64,000 nucleotides of DNA from Psammoneis japonica (Eukaryota). A program made the translations under genes and the position numbers. Where the stretch lies: NCBI GenBank assembly GCA_008632985.1, contig QPGO01000033.1, positions 186,001-250,000 on the forward strand, in the 5' to 3' direction. Shown piece after piece: positions 59,397-64,000 of this stretch; the first letter of the stretch is position 1; every line of letters starts with the position of its first letter. Under the pieces are notes generated by a model, which saw only the letters and a list, made by a program, of their open reading frames with translations, ran no database searches and was not told where the DNA came from.

Positions 59397-60938
59397 GTTG
59401 CAACATGTGAGCCACACACGTGCTTTTCACTTCCTCTTTTTTTTTTAAAGGTGTGAGGTCATCGCACACAAACTGAGCACATTTCTGTGTGATTGATCAA
59501 AGCATGCCTCTGCATCTGTGGTTTGCAAGAAGTGCACAAGCTCTCTGTGTGTGTCAAAAAATGACCTCTTTTTCCATTGGTGTGATTGTTGTTTGCTCTC
59601 CAACAAAAAGAAGCTGCAGAGATTGCACATGTGAAGTCTTGCTTGCTGCTGTCTCCTGCAGATTCCTGCCTGGAGCTGGGGGGTGAGCAGCTGGTGCAAC
59701 AGTGCAATGCTTGGGAGGCACACCAAATGAGCAGAGTGCTCACAAGCCAGGGTGGCAACATTGGCTGCCCAGGCAAAAACAAACCCCATGTGCCACTCAT
59801 GTCCCAAAAGTGGCAAACAAGATGTGTCACAATGGTTTGTGTTGTTGCAATCTTGGCAAGGTGCTGCTCTGGTGGACGTGTTGTTGGCGCTCATTTGTGT
59901 TTGCTGGCCATGCAACTGCCAATGAAACAGGGGGTCAAAGATGACAGAGAGATCATGGAGCAGGGGCTTGTTGAAACAAAATGGCAACTGCTGCAAAATT
60001 TTTAAGTTTTCTCTTGTGTTCATGCAAAGAGCAAAGAAGAGTTCAGGGCAGAGCACACATGTCTTTCAATGCACATGAACAAGTCATTGCAAAAAATGGT
60101 GGTCCATGTGCACTGAAAAATGTGTTTGAATTTTGCAATGCTTTGCACGAAAAAGTGAGTTGGCAAATGTTTTCAGTGCACAAGAGCTCCTGCATGACAA
60201 AAGTGATTTTTGTGGAGCTGGGTGTGCAACAGCTTTGCAGGCAAACATTGTCAAAGACAGTGTCAGCCATTTGTGCACAAGTCAAACAAAATGCCAAGTG
60301 AGATGTGGCAGACACTTGATGCTCACTTGAGCATCACTTGCAGCATCCATCTGGGGATCCATGGCCAATGCATCTTTGGGTTGAGCTGTGTCATTGACAG
60401 CATGGCTGTCAGGCATGGGAGCTGTGCCCAACCAACTTGGATTGGCTTGTCAAAGCATGCCAAAGATCAAACAATTGGCCACAGATGAGGCGGGAGGCAA
60501 AGCAGATCTTGCTCATGGCAAACCAAGCACAACAGCCAGGCAGCAGCTGACATGTGGGTGGCACAAGCTGTCAGGAAGCATTTGGACTTGATGTCAATGG
60601 GAGTCGAATGCTTGCAAGTGCTGGCGCTTCTTTTTGACAAATTGAGCAGATGCTTGGAAGCAACAGGAGAATGGCAGCACCTCCAGAGTGTGTGCTGGCA
60701 GCTGCTGTGGGCAGCGCAGTGGCTGATGAAAACCACGCCAAATCTAGACAAGGTCGTTGATGCCAAACAACAAAACATTTGTGGCAGTTGCTTGCTGGAG
60801 GAGGCAGAGATGGCAGTTTGGGTTCATGTGACAGAGACCACTCTCTTTTCCAGCCCAAACGCACAAACAATTTCATGTTGTGATCAATTGCAAACACCAC
60901 AAATCTTGTTGTGTGCCTTGTTGGCCACATGCCACAGC

Positions 60939-61328
60939 GACGCGTTCCAGCCCTAGGTGGGACTCCGTGTGACATTGGGCCCGTAGAATTCTACGTGCGA
61001 GCTCCGTAGTACGAGAATTTAATTAATGGATATATTTATCTTCAACATCAAATAAACGGCCAAGTTTGTGGTGCAATTATGCCTCTTACCACTCGACGTT
61101 TTTGCAAATGCTCCTGCCCTACGCGATTCTTAAGACATTATAGAATCGCGCTGTAACAAAAAATGTCAAAAGTTGTTGGACGGATCGCTCAATAAATGTA
61201 CCGTAAAATGACACAAAATATCAAAAAAATCACGTAGAAATCTACGTGCGCGACATACGACGTGATTCAAAAAACTGTCGATGTCACAGTTCAGTAGTGC
61301 GAGGTCCCACCTAGACCTGGAACGCGTC
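60939..61328. mobile_element. 390-bp MITE, copy 2 (TpA largely intact)
   Basis: TIRs gacgcgttccagccctaggtgggac / gtcccacctagacctggaacgcgtc, perfect 4-bp TSD CAGC, inverted relative to 39192-39581. Confidence 0.93.
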
Positions 61329-61479
61329 CAGCCTTCCTTGAGAGCAATGCTGACCTTTTGGGATTTCTGTGGCATTGCCGCTTTCAGAAGAGCTTTGTTG
61401 ATGATTGATTGATTTGATTGACAAGACATCACAGGGGCATCTTTGGTGCCTGGGTGGTTTGTGCAATGTTGGGTCCCGT

Positions 61480-61615
61480 GACACAACCTCAGATGATCAA
61501 AAGGGCTCTTTGTTTTGGGGTTGGGGCAACCAAGATTGCAGATTCCCATGACACAACCTCGGATGATCAAAAGGGCTCTTTGTTTTGGGGTTGGGGTGAC
61601 CAAGATTGCAGATTG
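61480..61615 (+). repeat. About 70-bp tandem duplication
   Basis: gacacaacctc.gatgatcaaaagggctctttgttttggggttgggg..accaagattgcagatt twice. The copies differ by CA/TG and CA/CG. Confidence 0.9.
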
Positions 61616-64000
61616 AACCTGTGCAAAGCCAACTCAACAGAGATGCCCATGGGCATGAGACCACAAAAGAGGACGTTTGTGAAAAGAGAGAAAAGAATCT
61701 CAGCAAGAGCTGCTGCAGGGCCAATTGTGGGCTTGTTTGGCACCATGGCATTCTGTTGTCAAACACTTGGTTGTGCAACATGCAGAACACTGACGCTGTC
61801 CTGTGGCAGGAACACCAGTCAAGACTCTTGCAAAAATCCTGCCACAGTCCAAAAAGAGACAGGCTCAACTGGCTCACAAAGAAGCCACAATGCAGATTTC
61901 ACAAAAACACCACAAGGGCACCTGACTGTGACAGAGGCAATAGCTGGGCTGGGTGAAAGACTCCCCCCACCATGCACTGTGAGAGTCCAATGATGACAAG
62001 AAGAATGAGAACAGATCTTGTGAGAGACAATCTGACCAGCACCCCAAGTTCTGACCATCATGCATTGACAAGCTGGGCAATCTGCTGCTGCAATGTGCCA
62101 TGTGTGGCACAAAAAAATGCTTGGTGTGACACACAGGCAAAGTCATCATGGACTCTGTGCCCCTGGAGCTGCAGAAAAGTCTGGTCTTTGGGCCATGGCC
62201 TGTTGGGGTGGTGCTCCAGGGAACTGTGCTGATGCTTGTGTGCCAATTTGCCAAGGTTCCCACTTCAGTGGAGGGGTTCAGTCAAAAACAATCAAATGCT
62301 CACAAATCACTTCAAGCTGTGCTTTTTCTGCTGCTGCTGTGTTTTGACATGCCAGTTGTTGTGCACTCCTGCCCAGGTGCTGGTGGTTGCCAACAACCCT
62401 GCTCAGAGCCAAGACTGCCAGCTGGTGGTGAGCTCTGCAACTCAGAGACACTCAGTGGCATGTCATCCAAGCTGGTTGTGCACAAGCTCCTGCTGCCACT
62501 GCACATGCTGGCAAACCAAAGCATCTTTTGTCATGGCCTTTTGCAGCTTCTTGAGTTTTCCAGGCTCCTGCAAGATGGAGTCAGCACACTCTCCTCATTG
62601 CCTGCTCTGGAGCTCCATCATCAAAGCCTTCAGCATCTTCCTCATCACAGTCATTTGCCAGGGCACAGAGCTTGAGATTGAGGCACCTGTTGTCATTTCC
62701 ACTGACCTGCAGAAGATCCTTGAAGCTGGTTGTTTTGCAAAGAAAAGGAAGAGGAGCCAACAACTTTTGAACTTTGCTTTCTCATCTGCCCCCTGTTCAG
62801 CCAGCGAGTCAAAGCAGGCTTGCCTTGCTTTCAGGAAGGCCTGGCACTTGGGGCGTTTTTTGCCAAACCTGGGAACAAGTGCCTGTGCTGAAAAAGAAGG
62901 TCAACAGAGTTGGAGATGTCTGCCCCAGCTGAAAAGGGAGCTTGGGCTCTTGCTTTGTTTCCACTTTGAACAATCTTGGCCTCTGCATCTCTGGTCTTGA
63001 CAGCATGAGGGAACTCTGCATTCCAGGAGTGAGCCAAGCACAAGTGAGGAGTTGTGAGAAAACAAGAGCAACTTGTTGAAGACTGTGCACTTCTTTTCAC
63101 ACCATCATCACTGGCAAGCCCCGCAAAATGCTTGCAGGTGGCTTGTCCATTTCTGCCAGTGCTTTGTCTGGGTTGGAGCTCTTTTGGTGGCACCTGCCTG
63201 ACACTCCTGTGCAAGAGTGGATGCACAACATTGCCTTGTGTAAAAACTTTCTTGATGTGGTCAGGATCTTCATTGTTTGGATCCCAGCCACATGCTCTTC
63301 TTGAGTCACATCAAGCTGCTGAAGTGATGGGCACACTCCAGGGCCAGGTTTTCTTCCAGCAAGGCACTTTTGATGATGCTGCTCAGCTCACAAAAGAGCA
63401 AGATGCCAGTGGCAGCAAGAGCTGCACTTTTTCTGTGGGGGCACAAGAGTCAAAAATGCAAGAGACATCTTGACGGACTAAATTTTGCACTTCTCTGCAA
63501 GTGATTGCACTTGCTTGCCTGATTGCTGAAAAGCAGCAAGAACAAACAAGAGAGTGTCTGACAAGACTGTTGACACCCCACTCATGACCAAACTTGCAGC
63601 TGGCTGGCTTGCAAAATCCAGCCAGAAATTCATGCTCCTGCTTGGGCACTGTGTCCCAGCACAGACTCATGTTCAACTTTGCCAGCAAAAAGAGCTCCAG
63701 CCAGAGTTTTTTGTTCAAAGAGGAGTTCACAAGGGAGCCCATGGCAAAGCTGCAAAAGACCTGTGTGTGGCCAGCACGTGTGTGTGTGCTCACAAGGCAT
63801 CTGATGGCAAAATTTTGCTGGCTTCCAGAGAGGCCAGAAAACCAACTTCTTTTTTGCCAAAACTTGCCCGCTCAGGTGCTGTTGCATCTCACGTGACTTT
63901 TTGATGACAGCCAACTTCTCAGTTCTTGCACACACTGCAAAAAGCTGATGCATGGCACCACAGTCTGCAGTGTGACCCTCCCCTTCTCTTTCACATTCTG

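Larger units (their letters stand above)
59405..64000. repeat. Old, heavily mutated repeat DNA depleted of both TpA and CpG (runs off the window end)
   Basis: Extreme TG/CA richness, no credible ORF, interrupted by one young MITE. Confidence 0.6.

Overview
Eukaryotic genomic DNA, almost certainly a diatom: short GT-AG introns, a red-lineage Lhcr antenna gene with an ASAFAP plastid-targeting motif, NRT2 and RXL-bearing lysine-rich secreted proteins. About 1-29.5, 32.7-37.9 and 41.3-49.8 kb are gene-dense, with roughly 23 genes. These include a cluster of four Lys/Gly/Ser-rich secreted or membrane-anchored proteins, three sharing a PTCLECDD motif. Three blocks (about 29.7-32.6, 38.1-41.0 and 50.3-64.0 kb) are transposon-derived. 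They contain a mariner-type element, a full-length Ty3/Gypsy element with LTRs and a 5-bp TSD, several MITEs and a 10-mer satellite. The main observation is that these blocks have lost almost all TpA dinucleotides through TA->TG and TA->CA transitions. This is visible between the two LTRs, between TIRs, between two copies of one MITE, inside target-site duplications, and as systematic Tyr->Cys/His replacement in the Gypsy pol (YIDD->HIDD). It looks like a repeat-targeted, DNA-level A:T->G:C hypermutation running opposite to fungal RIP. A long-read base-calling artefact must be excluded with short reads. All alignments and counts were done by eye, and no database was consulted.
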